Below the pieces are notes generated by a model that worked only from the letters and a program-made list of their open reading frames with translations, was not told the origin of the DNA and ran no database searches. A stretch of DNA of 64,000 bases from an uncultured Alphaproteobacteria bacterium (GTDB taxonomy: Bacteria > Pseudomonadota > Alphaproteobacteria > Rhizobiales > Xanthobacteraceae), in the NCBI GenBank assembly GCA_963742085.1, contig CAVUKM010000015.1, positions 139,113-203,112 of the forward strand, given 5' to 3'. The translations under genes and the position numbers were made by a program. This document shows, piece after piece, positions 31,496 through 45,263 of the stretch. Each line of letters begins with the position of its first letter. Positions within the stretch are counted from its first letter, which is position 1.

Positions 31496-31566
31496 GATGG
31501 GCACTCCTGTCCCAAGGCTGTCCCACGGCGCCCTGCGAATCGAATTCTCGGTCAATCGACAAAGCT

Positions 31567-31599
31567 GCGGCGGGCGACCTTTCGAAGGCCGCCCGCCGC
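31567..31599 (-). terminator. Strong stem-loop between the sulfatase and HAD genes
   Basis: GCGGCGGGCGACCTT-TCG-AAGGCCGCCCGCCGC. Confidence 0.55.
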
Positions 31600-31613
31600 G
31601 AACGTTGTTGCGC

Positions 31614-33245
31614 TTACTGGCCAGGGCCTTTGCTCGCCGCCTGGGCCTGCTCCATCCGTTTCGTCATCTCCGCCTTGACGGCGTCGAGATTGAAGCTCGC
31701 GCCCCGCTGCATCGGTGGATACTCGATGAAGGTCTGGAGTGCCTTGCCCATCACCTGCTGAACGAACACGAAGCGCCAGAACTGGTACTTGAACCAGTCG
31801 AAGTACTGCTGGCCGCCTTCCTTCGTCCCACTGTTCGGCCAGCCCGTCCGCTCGAACGGATCCAGCCGCAGGTTGGTGATGTAGGGCACGTCCGGTTTGG
31901 TCTTTTCACCCAGCCAGCCCGCGGGCTGGTCGATGAACCGGAACTTGTAATCGTCAATGCGCACCGCGCCGACCGTGCTTTCACCGAGGTAGAAGATTTC
32001 GTGACGTGCAGAAGGACCTTTACCGGTAAGAGGGGCCAGCTGGTTGTAGCCATCGAGGTGGTTCTTGTAAGTCTGGCCAGCGATCTCCTTGCCCTTCAGC
32101 AGTTCTTCGGTGATGTTCGGATTGCCGGCTGCGGCCGCGAAGGTCGGTAACCAGTCAAGTCCGGAGAAGAGGCCGTTCTGGACCGTATCCGCCGGCACCT
32201 TGCCGGGCCAGCGGATCATCGCCGGAACGCGGAAGCCACCCTCCATCACGGTTCCCTTGGACTGTGCGAACGGGGTCTGACCGCCATCGGGCCAGGTGAA
32301 GACTTCGGTGCCGTTGTCAGTGGTGAAGACGACGATGGTGTTGTCGTCCACGCCCATGTCCTTGAGCTTCTTCATCACCAGACCGATGTCGTCATCGAGC
32401 TGGGCCATGCCGGCTTCTTCTTCCGACCAGCCGTTCTCTGCATTGCGCAGCGCTTCATACTTCGGTGAGAGATGGGTGACGATGTGCATCCGCGTCGGGT
32501 TGAGCCAGACGAAGAACGGCTTGTTGTCCTTCTTGGCCTTGTCCATGAAATTGATGGCGAGATCGCGAATTTCGTCGTCGACCGTCTCCATGCGCTTGGG
32601 ATAGAGCGGACCGGCGTCCTCGATCCTCTGTTTGCCGATCTTGCCCCAGCGCGGCATCTCGGTGGGATCATCCTTGTCGGTGGCGTAGCTGTGAACCATG
32701 TTGCGCGGACCGACGACATTCAGCAGGTTCTGCGGATAATTGGGATGCGCCGGATCTTCCATCGCATCGAGGTGATAGAGATAGCCGAAGAACTCGTCGA
32801 AGCCGTGGACGGTCGGCAGGAACTCGTTCTTGTCGCCAAGGTGGTTCTTGCCGAACTGGCCGGTGGCGTAGCCCATCGACTTCAACACCGTTGCGATGGT
32901 CACCGCTTCCGCCGGCAGGCCGACCGACGCGCCGGCCTGGCCGACCGTTGTCATGCCGGTGCGGATCGGCAACTCACCGGTGATGAAGTTCGCGCGACCC
33001 GCCGTACAGCTCGCCTCGGCGTAATAGTCCGTGAACAACATGCCTTCCTTGGCGATCTTGTCCAGGTTGGGTGTACGGCCTGCCATCAAACCGCGATGAT
33101 AAGCGCCGATATTCCACATGCCGATGTCGTCACCCATGATAACGACGATGTTGGGCTTTGACTGCTGTGCAGCGGCTGGTGCGCCTGCGATTGTTGCAGC
33201 GGCTAAACAAGTGGCCAACAGGCCAAGCCATTTCATTTCCTTCAT
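31614..33245 (-). CDS. Arylsulfatase-family sulfatase (CxAxR variant) with signal peptide
   Basis: NIVVIMGDDIG, SCTAGRANFITG, GKNHLG and FTTDNG. Confidence 0.92.
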   Translation of the reverse strand: MKEMKWLGLLATCLAAATIAGAPAAAQQSKPNIVVIMGDDIGMWNIGAYHRGLMAGRTPNLDKIAKEGMLFTDYYAEASCTAGRANFITGELPIRTGMTTVGQAGASVGLPAEAVTIATVLKSMGYATGQFGKNHLGDKNEFLPTVHGFDEFFGYLYHLDAMEDPAHPNYPQNLLNVVGPRNMVHSYATDKDDPTEMPRWGKIGKQRIEDAGPLYPKRMETVDDEIRDLAINFMDKAKKDNKPFFVWLNPTRMHIVTHLSPKYEALRNAENGWSEEEAGMAQLDDDIGLVMKKLKDMGVDDNTIVVFTTDNGTEVFTWPDGGQTPFAQSKGTVMEGGFRVPAMIRWPGKVPADTVQNGLFSGLDWLPTFAAAAGNPNITEELLKGKEIAGQTYKNHLDGYNQLAPLTGKGPSARHEIFYLGESTVGAVRIDDYKFRFIDQPAGWLGEKTKPDVPYITNLRLDPFERTGWPNSGTKEGGQQYFDWFKYQFWRFVFVQQVMGKALQTFIEYPPMQRGASFNLDAVKAEMTKRMEQAQAASKGPGQ

Positions 33246-33378
33246 AGGCACTCCATTCCAAAGCTGATTGAGTTCAATAACTTCGTGAGTTCAGCGACGT
33301 CGAGCAGACACTTGCCCGATCAAGTTTGGCGACATTACCCGACGCTCGGTTCAATCGCATGACACGGCAAGCCGTGGC

Positions 33379-33392
33379 TTGATTTGGATCAA
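33379..33392. promoter_or_regulatory. Perfect FNR/FixK consensus box
   Basis: TTGAT-TTGG-ATCAA, 134 nt upstream of the sulfatase start. Confidence 0.55.
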
Positions 33393-33456
33393 GGGAGGGA
33401 ATTGTGTGGTGGGTGATGAGTGCCGAGGTTGGCCGTTTGACTTCCGAGATGGGTCC

Positions 33457-33757
33457 AGGCCGTGTGAAAACCCCATCGATGCTATGGTTCCCTTGCTGAA
33501 TCGCGGGGGGATGATGAAGGGTTTCGTTCAAGGGGCGGATCGCCAGCAGACGACGCTGTTGCCGGAATGCCTTGATGATTGGGTCGACGAGAGCAATCCT
33601 GTTCGCGCGGTCGATGTGTTCGTCGATGCGCTGGAACTCCGCGACCTCGGGTTCGATGGCGTCGATCCGGCAGCGACCGGCCGGCCCGCGTATCATCCTT
33701 CGCCGATGCTCAAGCTTTACATCTACGGCTATCTCAACCGGGTCCAATCGAGCCGGC
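33457..33757 (+). mobile_element. IS1182-family element, 5' remnant cut by IS21
   Basis: End-like GGCCGTGTGAAAAC; MKGFVQGADRQQTTLLPECLDDWV...GRPAYHP...YGYLNRVQSSR; 3' part not found. Confidence 0.8.
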
Positions 33758-33880
33758 TGCAAATTCGCGGGCAATAGTGACCCCCTGAGGGGGATTATCG
33801 CATCCAATTCCGACCCCTTCTGACGTCTTGTGTCAGCGTCCTTCCCTTTAGCCCTGATGGGCTGGGGAGGACTTTGGGGA

Positions 33881-35380
33881 ATGATTGGCGTGGACAAGAT
33901 CGGGGAGATACGACGCGCCTATTTTGAGCAACGCCGCTCCATCAAGGAGATCGTGCGGACGCTGTCGGTGTCGCGCGCGACGGTGCGCAAGGTCATCCGC
34001 AGCCACAAGACTGAGTTCAAGTACACGCGTGGAGTCCAGCCCACGCCGAAGCTTGGCGACTGGGTCGAGGATCTGACGGAGATCATCGAGAAGGAAGCCA
34101 AGCTGCCGAAGCGGGAGCGCCGCTCGACCCAACGCTTGTTCGAGGAACTTCGTGGGCGAGGGTATGACGGCGCCCATGACAGCGTGCATCGGTTCGTGAA
34201 GGCTTGGCGCGACGAACGCGCTCGGGTCCCGGTCCATGCCTATGTGCCGATGAGCTTCGCGCCTGGGGAGGCCTACCAGTTCGACTGGAGCCACGAGACG
34301 ATCACGCTTCGGGGCCTGCCGCTAACGGTCAAGGCGGCGCACATGAAACTATCGCACAGTCGCATGCCGTTTGTGCGCGTCTACATCCGGGAGACCCAAG
34401 AGCTGGTGTTCGACGCCCACGACAAGGCGTTCCGGTTCTATGGCGGCGTCTGCCGACGTGGCATCTACGACAACATGAAGACGGCGGTTGAAGCGATCTT
34501 CGTCGGCAAGGCGCGCCGGTATAATCGCCGCTTTCTGCAGATGTGCTCGCACCATCTGATCGAACCGGTAGCCTGCACCCCCGCGTCGGGATGGGAGAAG
34601 GGTCAGGTTGAGAACCAGGTCGGCAATCTGCGCGACCAAATGTTCCGGCCCAAACCGCGGGTAAAGAGTCTCACCGAACTCAATGCGTGGCTGGAAGATC
34701 AGTGCATCGCCTACGCCCAGCGAACCAAGCATCCAGAGTTCAAGGATCGGACCGTCTGGGACGTATTCCAAGAAGAGCGTGTGAGCCTGATGGCGCTACG
34801 CGGCCCATTCGACGGGTTCGTCGAGAAGGCAGTCAGGGCCAGCACCACTTGCCTGATCATGGCCGATCATAACCGCTACAGCGTTGATGCGCGGGCCGCC
34901 GGCCGGATGGTGCTGGTGCGCTCCCATGCCGAACGCATCGTCGTGCTAATGGGGGACGAGGTCGTCGCCGATCATCCACGCCACTTCCGGCGCGACCAGA
35001 TCATCTACGATCCCTGGCATTATCTGCCGGTGCTGATGAAGAAGCCCGGCGCCTTGCGTAACGGTGCTCCGTTCAAAGACTGGGCACTGCCGCCCGCGCT
35101 GACCCAGGTTCGCGCCAAGCTGAAGCAACACACCGACGGGGATCGACAGTTCGTCAAGGTGTTAGGCGCGGTGCTCGATCACGGCCTGACCGCGGTCGAG
35201 GCCGCCTGTGCGGAAGCGCTGGAGGCCGGCATCGCTAGTGGCGATGTGATCCTGACAGTGTTGGCGCGCCGCCGTCAGCCCGCGACCCCGCCCAGCATCA
35301 CTACGCCCGACGCGCTTCGCCTGAAGATCGAGCCCACGGCCGATTGTGGCCGCTACGACAGCATAAGGAAAATCGCCTGA
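33881..35380 (+). CDS. istA: IS21 transposase
   Basis: YQFDW, IYDNMK and WEKGQVE DDE motifs. Confidence 0.93.
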   Translation: MIGVDKIGEIRRAYFEQRRSIKEIVRTLSVSRATVRKVIRSHKTEFKYTRGVQPTPKLGDWVEDLTEIIEKEAKLPKRERRSTQRLFEELRGRGYDGAHDSVHRFVKAWRDERARVPVHAYVPMSFAPGEAYQFDWSHETITLRGLPLTVKAAHMKLSHSRMPFVRVYIRETQELVFDAHDKAFRFYGGVCRRGIYDNMKTAVEAIFVGKARRYNRRFLQMCSHHLIEPVACTPASGWEKGQVENQVGNLRDQMFRPKPRVKSLTELNAWLEDQCIAYAQRTKHPEFKDRTVWDVFQEERVSLMALRGPFDGFVEKAVRASTTCLIMADHNRYSVDARAAGRMVLVRSHAERIVVLMGDEVVADHPRHFRRDQIIYDPWHYLPVLMKKPGALRNGAPFKDWALPPALTQVRAKLKQHTDGDRQFVKVLGAVLDHGLTAVEAACAEALEAGIASGDVILTVLARRRQPATPPSITTPDALRLKIEPTADCGRYDSIRKIA

Positions 35381-36108
35381 TGGAACGCCACGAGATTCTG
35401 GAAGCCATGAGCGAACTGAAGCTTTACGGCATGCGCGCCAGCTTCGATGAGATTGCCGGCAAGGGTCTTGCCCGGCGCGATGAGATCTATCCCCTCATCG
35501 CCAGCCTGATCCGGGCCGAACGCACCCACCGCCAGGCCCGCTCGATAAGCTATCGTATCGGAGGAGCCAAGTTCCCGGTCCTCAAAGATATCGACACGTT
35601 CAACTTCGCCGATACGCCGATCGATGAAGGGCAAGTTCGCGAACTCGCCACCGGCACCTTCCTGGACGCTAAGCGCAATGCAATCTTCATCGGCGGCACC
35701 GGCACCGGCAAAACCCATCTGTGCATCGCTGTAGCCTCGGCGGTCATCCGCACCCGCGCCAGGGGGCGCTTCTTCAACCTGGTCGACCTGGTCAATCAGC
35801 TAGAACAGGAAAAGGCCGCCGGTCGCAGTGGCCGATTGTCCGAGAAGCTCCTGCGCCACGATCTCATCGTCATCGATGAACTCGGCTACCTACCGTTCAG
35901 CCAATCCGGCGGCCAGCTGTTGTTCCACCTGATCAGCAAGCTCTATGAGAACACGTCGTTGCTGATAACCACCAATCTCGCTTTCGCAGATTGGCCGCAA
36001 GTCTTCGGCGACGCCAAAATGACCACCGCCATGCTCGACCGGCTGACACACCACTGCGACATCATCGAGACCGGCAACGAAAGCTGGCGCTTCAAGAACC
36101 GCGCATAA
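35380..36108 (+). CDS. istB: IS21 ATP-binding helper protein
   Basis: GGTGTGKTH Walker [14 protein letters not shown] and DRLTHH; start overlaps the istA stop. Confidence 0.94.
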   Translation: MERHEILEAMSELKLYGMRASFDEIAGKGLARRDEIYPLIASLIRAERTHRQARSISYRIGGAKFPVLKDIDTFNFADTPIDEGQVRELATGTFLDAKRNAIFIGGTGTGKTHLCIAVASAVIRTRARGRFFNLVDLVNQLEQEKAAGRSGRLSEKLLRHDLIVIDELGYLPFSQSGGQLLFHLISKLYENTSLLITTNLAFADWPQVFGDAKMTTAMLDRLTHHCDIIETGNESWRFKNRA

Positions 36109-36159
36109 CCTCACGCTCGCCACTCGCCGCCCGCCAAGACCGGCTCTGCTCCGCTATGT

Positions 36160-36520
36160 ACTGTGAATCGATTACCTGCGACGTATCCGGACTGGCCGAG
36201 CCGGGTATCAAGGGCTGAAGAAGTGCCTGACATGCCGGCGGCCACGTTCGGCGGGTCACTTTGGCGAACGGGGCGAAAGTGGCGACGCCCGCGTTGGCGA
36301 ACAGCATGCCGGCCCGCCATGTGGCGGGCGACGTGGTCGCGGAGTGTGGCAAGGTGCGCTTCTTGTGATGTCTGCGTCGATCGAATCGAAGCCCTGTCCC
36401 ACTCCATTGACCGCGCACCGGACGTCGCCCACGCGCTGGTCGACCATGACGACGGTCGCTCCCTCGTCCGCAAAGCGCTTCAACGTCGCGAGGCCGCTCG
36501 CCGCGCTCCAGGGTGCCCCG
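36160..36520 (-). pseudogene. Degenerate short-chain dehydrogenase (SDR) remnant
   Basis: SGLATLKRFADEGATVVMVD and LFANAGVATFAPF occur in different frames. Confidence 0.6.
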
Positions 36521-37147
36521 ACTTGGATCCTGATCCGGCTCAGATGGCCTTAGAAATCTTCCACCCCCCACTCCTGACCGTCCCAGCGGCCCTTTTCGCG
36601 GCCGAGTCAGCCCCGGCGCCGGCCGGCGATAAGAACGCTGCTTACCAGTCTTCTGTTTGTGGGCAGGCCGCCGCTTCGCCGGCTTTTCGGGGGTTTTCCC
36701 ACTCGTACGCTGGGCCCGACGGGACTCGGAATTCGATAGGGTCAAATGCCCGGGACTCGCAATTCACTTCAACCTGACTCGAAATCCACTTTCCGATGTG
36801 TATTGAAATGATTGACCCTTTTAGCTCACCAAACTCGCAGTTCGCTTTAGGGCACACCATTCCTCCCACTCCATCGCGGGCCTGCATTGGCTGGGGGTCC
36901 AGATTGGACGGAGCAGCAATTCGAAGAGAGCTTCTCTTCCTTTTGAGGTTCTTTGGTGAGGTTCTTTGGGAGTTCCGGCTGCTGGCTCGTCAGTTGCGGG
37001 TGTCCGCTTGCAACCGCGTAGAGCTCCAAAAGGCTGGCTCAGATGGGAGCGCCGCGCCGGTGGTCCGCGTCCAAACCGAGCGAGCCGCGAGCCTGCCGGG
37101 CTCGAGTTTGGCGCGGGCGCCCTCCTCCTCCCACACGGTCGAAAAGC

Positions 37148-38083
37148 TCAGTCGCCGGTACCCTTCGGGAATACCCGGCTTGCGAGCACATCAGAGGCTT
37201 CCAGCGACATGGCGTCGTCGGCGGTCAGCACGCGATCGAGATCGGCAACAAGGCGGCTTGCCTGCCGCAGCCGCATCCGGTCCAGCGCATTGCGGATCGA
37301 GCGCGCGTTGGAGAACAGCGGCTGGGTCTTGCGCAGGCCGATGTAACGCACAAAGGCATCACGGGCGTCCGGGCTGAACTTGTAGTTCATGTCGCGCAGC
37401 ATCAAATCGGCGATGCGAAGCAGCTCATCCTCGCTATAGTCCGGAAAATCGATGTGATGCGCGATCCGCGAGCGGAAGCCAGGATTGCTGGCGAAGAATT
37501 TGTCCATCTGCGCGCCATAGCCGGCCAGGATCACCACCAGATCCTCGCGCTGCGATTCCATCACCTGCAGCAGTATCTCGATCGCCTCCTGTCCATAGTC
37601 GCGCTCGTTATCCGGGCGATGCAGATAGTACGCTTCATCGATGAACAGCACACCGCCCATGGCCTTCTTCAATATTTCTTTCGTCTTCGGTGCCGTGTGG
37701 CCGATATATTGTCCCACCAGTTCGTCTCGCGTCACCGATACCACCTGCCCGCGGCGCACGTAGCCGAGCCTGTGCAGGATGCTGGCGATCCGCAGCGCAA
37801 CGGTGGTCTTTCCGGTACCTGGATTGCCGGTAAACGACATGTGCAGCGTCGGCACGTCAGAAGTCAGGTTCATTCGCTTGCGGATACGCTCGATCAGCAG
37901 CAGCGACGCAATCTCGCGGATCCGCGTTTTCACCGGTCTCAACCCGATCAGTTCGCGATCGAGCTGATCGAGCACCTCGCCGATGCCGACCTCGTTGAAT
38001 TCGCGGCGCAGGTCAACCTGCACGTCAGCCTGCCCGGTTAGCGCCGTCTCGTCCAGGCTCGGCGCGGCAGCCGGCAGGCTCAT
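37148..38083 (-). CDS. cbbX: CbbX AAA+ RuBisCO activase
   Basis: [23 protein letters not shown] and FSNARSIRN; directly after cbbS. Confidence 0.95.
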   Translation of the reverse strand: MSLPAAAPSLDETALTGQADVQVDLRREFNEVGIGEVLDQLDRELIGLRPVKTRIREIASLLLIERIRKRMNLTSDVPTLHMSFTGNPGTGKTTVALRIASILHRLGYVRRGQVVSVTRDELVGQYIGHTAPKTKEILKKAMGGVLFIDEAYYLHRPDNERDYGQEAIEILLQVMESQREDLVVILAGYGAQMDKFFASNPGFRSRIAHHIDFPDYSEDELLRIADLMLRDMNYKFSPDARDAFVRYIGLRKTQPLFSNARSIRNALDRMRLRQASRLVADLDRVLTADDAMSLEASDVLASRVFPKGTGD

Positions 38084-38505
38084 GATGCACCGTAGCGCCG
38101 GCCCTCGGGCCGATCGGCGGCATAGGACGTTGTTGTGTAGCGGATTCGGCGGCCCGCGACCTCGTGCCGGTCGAGACGGAACCCCGGCTCGTCTTTCGGG
38201 CGGTTGACGATGAAGGACAGCCGCACCGATTCCCAGCCATGGCTGGAATCGAACGCCGACAACCGGATATAGCGGTCGCCATAAACCTTGCGGCATTCGT
38301 TCAGCTCCATCAGCACGCCTGCCGCATCACGGAGATCGAACATCGGCAATCCCCACATTTCCCAGAAATTGTTGCGGGGATGCGGGTCGTCGGTGAATTC
38401 GATGTTCACCGCCCAGCCATGGCCGAGGCAATACTGAACCTGGGCGGCAATCTGCTCGTCGGTGAGATCGGGGAGAAACGAAAAGCATCCTTGGGTAATG
38501 CGCAT
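38080..38505 (-). CDS. cbbS: RuBisCO small subunit (red type)
   Basis: [16 protein letters not shown]...[10 protein letters not shown]. Confidence 0.97.
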   Translation of the reverse strand: MRITQGCFSFLPDLTDEQIAAQVQYCLGHGWAVNIEFTDDPHPRNNFWEMWGLPMFDLRDAAGVLMELNECRKVYGDRYIRLSAFDSSHGWESVRLSFIVNRPKDEPGFRLDRHEVAGRRIRYTTTSYAADRPEGRRYGAS

Positions 38506-38519
38506 GATCTTGGATCTCC

Positions 38520-41118
<2,599 letters not shown>

Positions 41119-41130
41119 CGGTGCCTCCGT

Positions 41131-43194
41131 TCAAACCTTTGCGTCATGCAAGACGTCGCCGTCGCGGGTCCGCATCCTCGATCGAGCCATGCATCGCATC
41201 GCTGCCAGGGCGACGGCTTCCGGCGTAATGCGGAATTCGCGATAGAGCACTTCCGCCGGCGCGGATGCACCGAACCCGGTCATCCCGACGAATTCGCCGG
41301 CATCGCCAAGCCACCGCGACCAGTCGCCTTCGACCGCGGCCTCGACGCCGACGCGTGGCGCGTGGCCCAGCACTTCCGCCCGGTATTCCTGCGGCTGCCG
41401 GCGAAACAGATCGAAGCAGGGAGCCGAGACAACCGCCGCTTCGACGCCGTCCTTCGCGAGTAGTCTTGCCGCCTCAATCGCGATGGCCACTTCCGAGCCC
41501 GACGCGATCAGGGTGACGTCGCGGCCGCCCTCCGGTTCGACAATCACATAGGCGCCGCGCGCGACCAGATTTGCCTCGCCGCTAGCGTCACGAAATGTGG
41601 GAAGCGCTTGCCGGGACAGGCACAACACCGAGGGGCTTGCTTCGGCGCGCAGTGCGCAATCCCAGGCTTCCGCGGTCTCGACAGCGTCGCCGGGCCGGAA
41701 CACAAGCAGGTTGGGAATCGCGCGCAGCGACGCAAGATGCTCGACCGGCTGATGGGTTGGGCCATCTTCGCCCAGTCCGATGGAATCGTGCGTCATCACG
41801 TGGATGACCCTGATGCCCATTAGCGCCGCCAGCCTGATTGCTGGGCGGCTATAGTCGGCAAAGCTCAGGAATGTGCCGCCATAGGGGATAAATCCACCAT
41901 GTAGGGCGATGCCGTTCATCGCAGCCGCCATTGCATGCTCGCGCACACCGTAATGGATATAGCGACCCTCGAAGGCACCCTGCCGCACCGGTTGCTGGGT
42001 TTTGGCCTGCGTGAGATTCGAATGCGTCAGATCAGCCGAGCCGCCCAGCAAATTCGGCAAGACCTCTGCAATCGCGTTGATCACCAGCTGAGAAGCCTGC
42101 CGGGTGGCGATGGTTGGCCGTTCGGCGCCGAAGCGATTACGCGTCTGCGCCATCGCCGCGGCATATTCGCAGGGCAGATTTCAATTCAGCGCGTCGTGAA
42201 ACGGCGAGCGTGGCGCCGAATTGAGACGCCTGGTCCGCTCGATCCAGGATCGCCGCGTTCGCCCTCCCCGCGCGCCGATCTTGCGCCACGCCTCGGCAAT
42301 GGAGGCCGGGATCTGAAAGGGCGGATGCGGCCAATCGAGCGCGGTACGCGTCTTCGCGATCTCGTCGGCGCCAAGCGGCGCACCGTGAGCTTTTTCGGTA
42401 CCCTGGCGATTGGGCGCGCCGAAACCGATAATGGTCCGGCAAGCGATCAATGAGGGCCGGTCGCTTTGCCGCGCCTGCTCGATCGATGCCGCGATCGCCT
42501 CGGGATCGTGGCCGTCGATGCGCAGGGCCGACCAGCCCGATGCCTTGAACCGCGCAAGCTGGTCGTCCGAACACGACAGCGACGTCGATCCGTCAATCGA
42601 GATTTGGTTGTCGTCGAACAGCACGATCAGCCTGCCAAGCCGGAGGTGACCGGCGAGCGAGATCGCTTCGTGGCTGAGCCCTTCCATCAGACAGCCGTCG
42701 CCGGCGATCACGTAGGTATAGTGATCGACAAAATCGTTGCCAAAACGCGCATTCAGCAGCCGCTCCGCCAGCGCCATGCCGACTGCGGTGGCGATCCCCT
42801 GCCCCAATGGACCGGTCGTCGTCTCGACGCCCGGCGTATGCCCGTATTCGGGATGGCCGGGTGTTTTCGACCCCCATTGTCTGAACGCCTTGAGCTCATC
42901 GAGCGTCATGTCCCGGTAGCCCGTCAGGTGAAGCAGCGCATACAGCAGCATCGAGCCGTGGCCGGCGGACAGAACGAACCGGTCCCGGTCCGGCCACGTC
43001 GGGTCGTCGGCGTCGAATTTGAGAAAGCGCGAAAACAGCACGGTCGCCACATCGGCCATACCCATGGGCATGCCGGGGTGGCCCGATTTTGCCTTCTCAA
43101 CCGCGTCAATGGCCAAAAACCGAATCGCGTTCGCCGTGTCCGCATGTGCGACGTCCGCGCGACCGGCGATGGAAGGTTGGGCTTGAATGTTCAT
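41131..43194 (-). pseudogene. cbbT: Transketolase interrupted by one in-frame TGA at 42181-42183
   Basis: SGHPG and GDGCLMEG in the first part; HYGVREH and GEDGPTHQP in the second. AAT TGA AAT CTG CCC shows both halves share one frame. Confidence 0.92.
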
Positions 43195-44066
43195 ACCGTG
43201 CGCCTCTTTCGTTCGATCAGTTGCAGGATCAGCGGAGTGAGGATGAGTTGCATTGCAAGATCGAGCTTCGCGCCGTGGATCACGATCGAATTGGCGCGCG
43301 ACATGAAGCTGTTCGGAATCATGGATAGCAGGTACGGAAAGTCGATCCCGCGCGGGTTTTTCAGCCGGATCACCACCATCAACTCGTCGGGAGTCGGGAT
43401 CCAGCGCGCGATGAATGGATTCGAGGTATCGACCGTCGGCACCCGCTGAAAGTTGATGTCGGTCTCGGCGAACTGCGGGCAGATGTAGTTCACATAATCC
43501 GGCATCCGCCGCAGGATCGTGTCGGTGACCGCTTCGGTCGAATAACCGCGGTCGCCGCGGTCACGATGCAGCTTCTGAATCCATTCGAGGTTGATTACCG
43601 GCACGACGCCAATCTTGAGGTCGGCGTACTGGGCGACATTGACCTTGTCAGTTACGACAGCGCCGTGAAGCCCCTCGTAGAACAGGAGATCGGAGCCTTG
43701 CGGGATCGGCTCCCATTCGGTGAAGGTTCCAGGCGCCGCGCCATATAACCTGGCCTCCTCGTCATCATGGACATAGTGACGCGTGGTGCCGCAGCCCACC
43801 TCGCTGTAGTCGCGAAATAACTTCTCCAGCTCCTCAAAGAGATTGGTTTCGGGGCTGAAGTGGCTGAAGTGCCTGTTACCACGCTCGCCCTCCTCGCCCA
43901 TTTTAATGCGCATCTCGGCGCGGTTGTAACGATGGAACGCATCGCCCTCGATGTAGGCAGCCGAGACCTTCTCGCGGCGAAAGATGTTCTCGAACGTCTT
44001 CTTGACCGACGTCGTGCCGGCCCCTGACGAACCCGTAATCGATATGATGGGATGACTGCGCGACAT
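43191..44066 (-). CDS. cbbP: Phosphoribulokinase
   Basis: [19 protein letters not shown] and [14 protein letters not shown]. Confidence 0.96.
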   Translation of the reverse strand: MSRSHPIISITGSSGAGTTSVKKTFENIFRREKVSAAYIEGDAFHRYNRAEMRIKMGEEGERGNRHFSHFSPETNLFEELEKLFRDYSEVGCGTTRHYVHDDEEARLYGAAPGTFTEWEPIPQGSDLLFYEGLHGAVVTDKVNVAQYADLKIGVVPVINLEWIQKLHRDRGDRGYSTEAVTDTILRRMPDYVNYICPQFAETDINFQRVPTVDTSNPFIARWIPTPDELMVVIRLKNPRGIDFPYLLSMIPNSFMSRANSIVIHGAKLDLAMQLILTPLILQLIERKRRTV

Positions 44067-44081
44067 CGGCCTTGTCCAGCT

Positions 44082-45119
44082 TCAGAGAAACAGGCCGCGC
44101 CGCGCAAAGAGCGGAGCGTTGCTGTTGTCGAACATCGGCTCAACCCGCTCGTGGATCGCGACGACATCACGCACGGCGCGCGCCGAGCCCATGATCAGCG
44201 GCACGCGCTGGTGCGGCGATTTCGCGGAAAGCTCGAGAACACGACCGCGCCCTGTCGTCGCCGCGCCGCCGGCCCATTCCATCACCAGAGCCATCGGATG
44301 CGCCTCGTACAACAGACGCAGGCGTCCCTCGCGGTAGCCCGGCCGAGCGTCGGCGGGATAAAGAAACACGCCGCCACGAACCAGGATGCGAAGCAACTCG
44401 GCGACCAGCGAACCGATCCACCGCATGTTGAAGTCGGCGCCATGACTGCCGTCGGCGCCGGCAAGGCACTCGTCGATGTAGGCGCGGACGGGACCGTACC
44501 AGTGCCGGCGATTGGACGCATTGATGGCAAATTCCGGCGTGTCGGGCGCAATCCGTACGCCCTGCCTAATCAACAGGAATTCGCCCATTCTCACGTCGAG
44601 AATGAAGATATCGACGCTGCCGTCGAGTGCGAGAACCAGCGTGGTTTGCGGGCCATAAACCACGAATCCCGCGGCGCACTGAGCCGTACCTGGCTCAAAG
44701 AAGGTCGACAGCACGTCGTTTCCAACCGGACGGATCGAAAAGATGGTGCCGACCGAGATGTTGTTCGCGAGGTTTGCCGATCCATCGAGCGGGTCGATTG
44801 CGACGCAGAGCGGCGCGTCTGCATTCAGTAATTCCGGTACCGCCAACTCTTCGGACAGCATCGCCGCAACCGGACACGCGCGCAGCGCGTGGCGCATCAT
44901 CGCATCAGCCGCGAGATCAATGTCCTTCTGTTGATCGCCATCCGGATTGAAGCCACGGTTCTCCCCGGTAATGCCACCGAGCGGCCCGTCTGCAATGATG
45001 GCTGAAAGATCAATCGCGACCGTCGCGATCGCGGTGATCACGGCAGCGATCGCCGGTCCCAGTGGCGTCTGCGACGCCGAGCGGTCGAGATACGAACGCA
45101 ACGTTTTGCGCTCCTCCAT
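44082..45119 (-). CDS. cbbF: Class I fructose-1,6-/sedoheptulose-1,7-bisphosphatase
   Basis: DGDQQK, IDPLDGS and RLLYEAHP. Confidence 0.94.
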   Translation of the reverse strand: MEERKTLRSYLDRSASQTPLGPAIAAVITAIATVAIDLSAIIADGPLGGITGENRGFNPDGDQQKDIDLAADAMMRHALRACPVAAMLSEELAVPELLNADAPLCVAIDPLDGSANLANNISVGTIFSIRPVGNDVLSTFFEPGTAQCAAGFVVYGPQTTLVLALDGSVDIFILDVRMGEFLLIRQGVRIAPDTPEFAINASNRRHWYGPVRAYIDECLAGADGSHGADFNMRWIGSLVAELLRILVRGGVFLYPADARPGYREGRLRLLYEAHPMALVMEWAGGAATTGRGRVLELSAKSPHQRVPLIMGSARAVRDVVAIHERVEPMFDNSNAPLFARRGLFL

Positions 45120-45207
45120 GGCATTTTCCCCTGTACGCGCTCTTCACGGCGATACCGCGGATGGCAGGCGACGCGTTTTCAAATGAGAACCCAGTTTGCA
45201 AAATTAG

Positions 45208-45247
45208 TAAAATTTTCTTATCTTTGGTATCGGCAAAGTTTTTCTTA
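45208..45247. promoter_or_regulatory. Putative CbbR binding sites (T-N11-A)
   Basis: TAA-AATTTTC-TTA at 45208-45220 and a similar AAA-GTTTTTC-TTA at 45235-45247, between divergent cbbF and cbbR. Confidence 0.6.
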
Positions 45248-45263
45248 TAATTGGAGGCTTGTC

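Larger units (their letters stand above)
33758..36761 (+). mobile_element. IS21-family element (right end uncertain)
   Basis: Begins TGCAAATTCGCGGGCAATAGTGACCCC; carries istA and istB; a degenerate inverted copy of the left end is at ~36720-36761. Confidence 0.65.

Noticed and set aside
36944-36969. Short tandem TGAGGTTCTTTGG pair downstream of cbbX
   Set aside because: Only two short units with no clear context; likely slippage.
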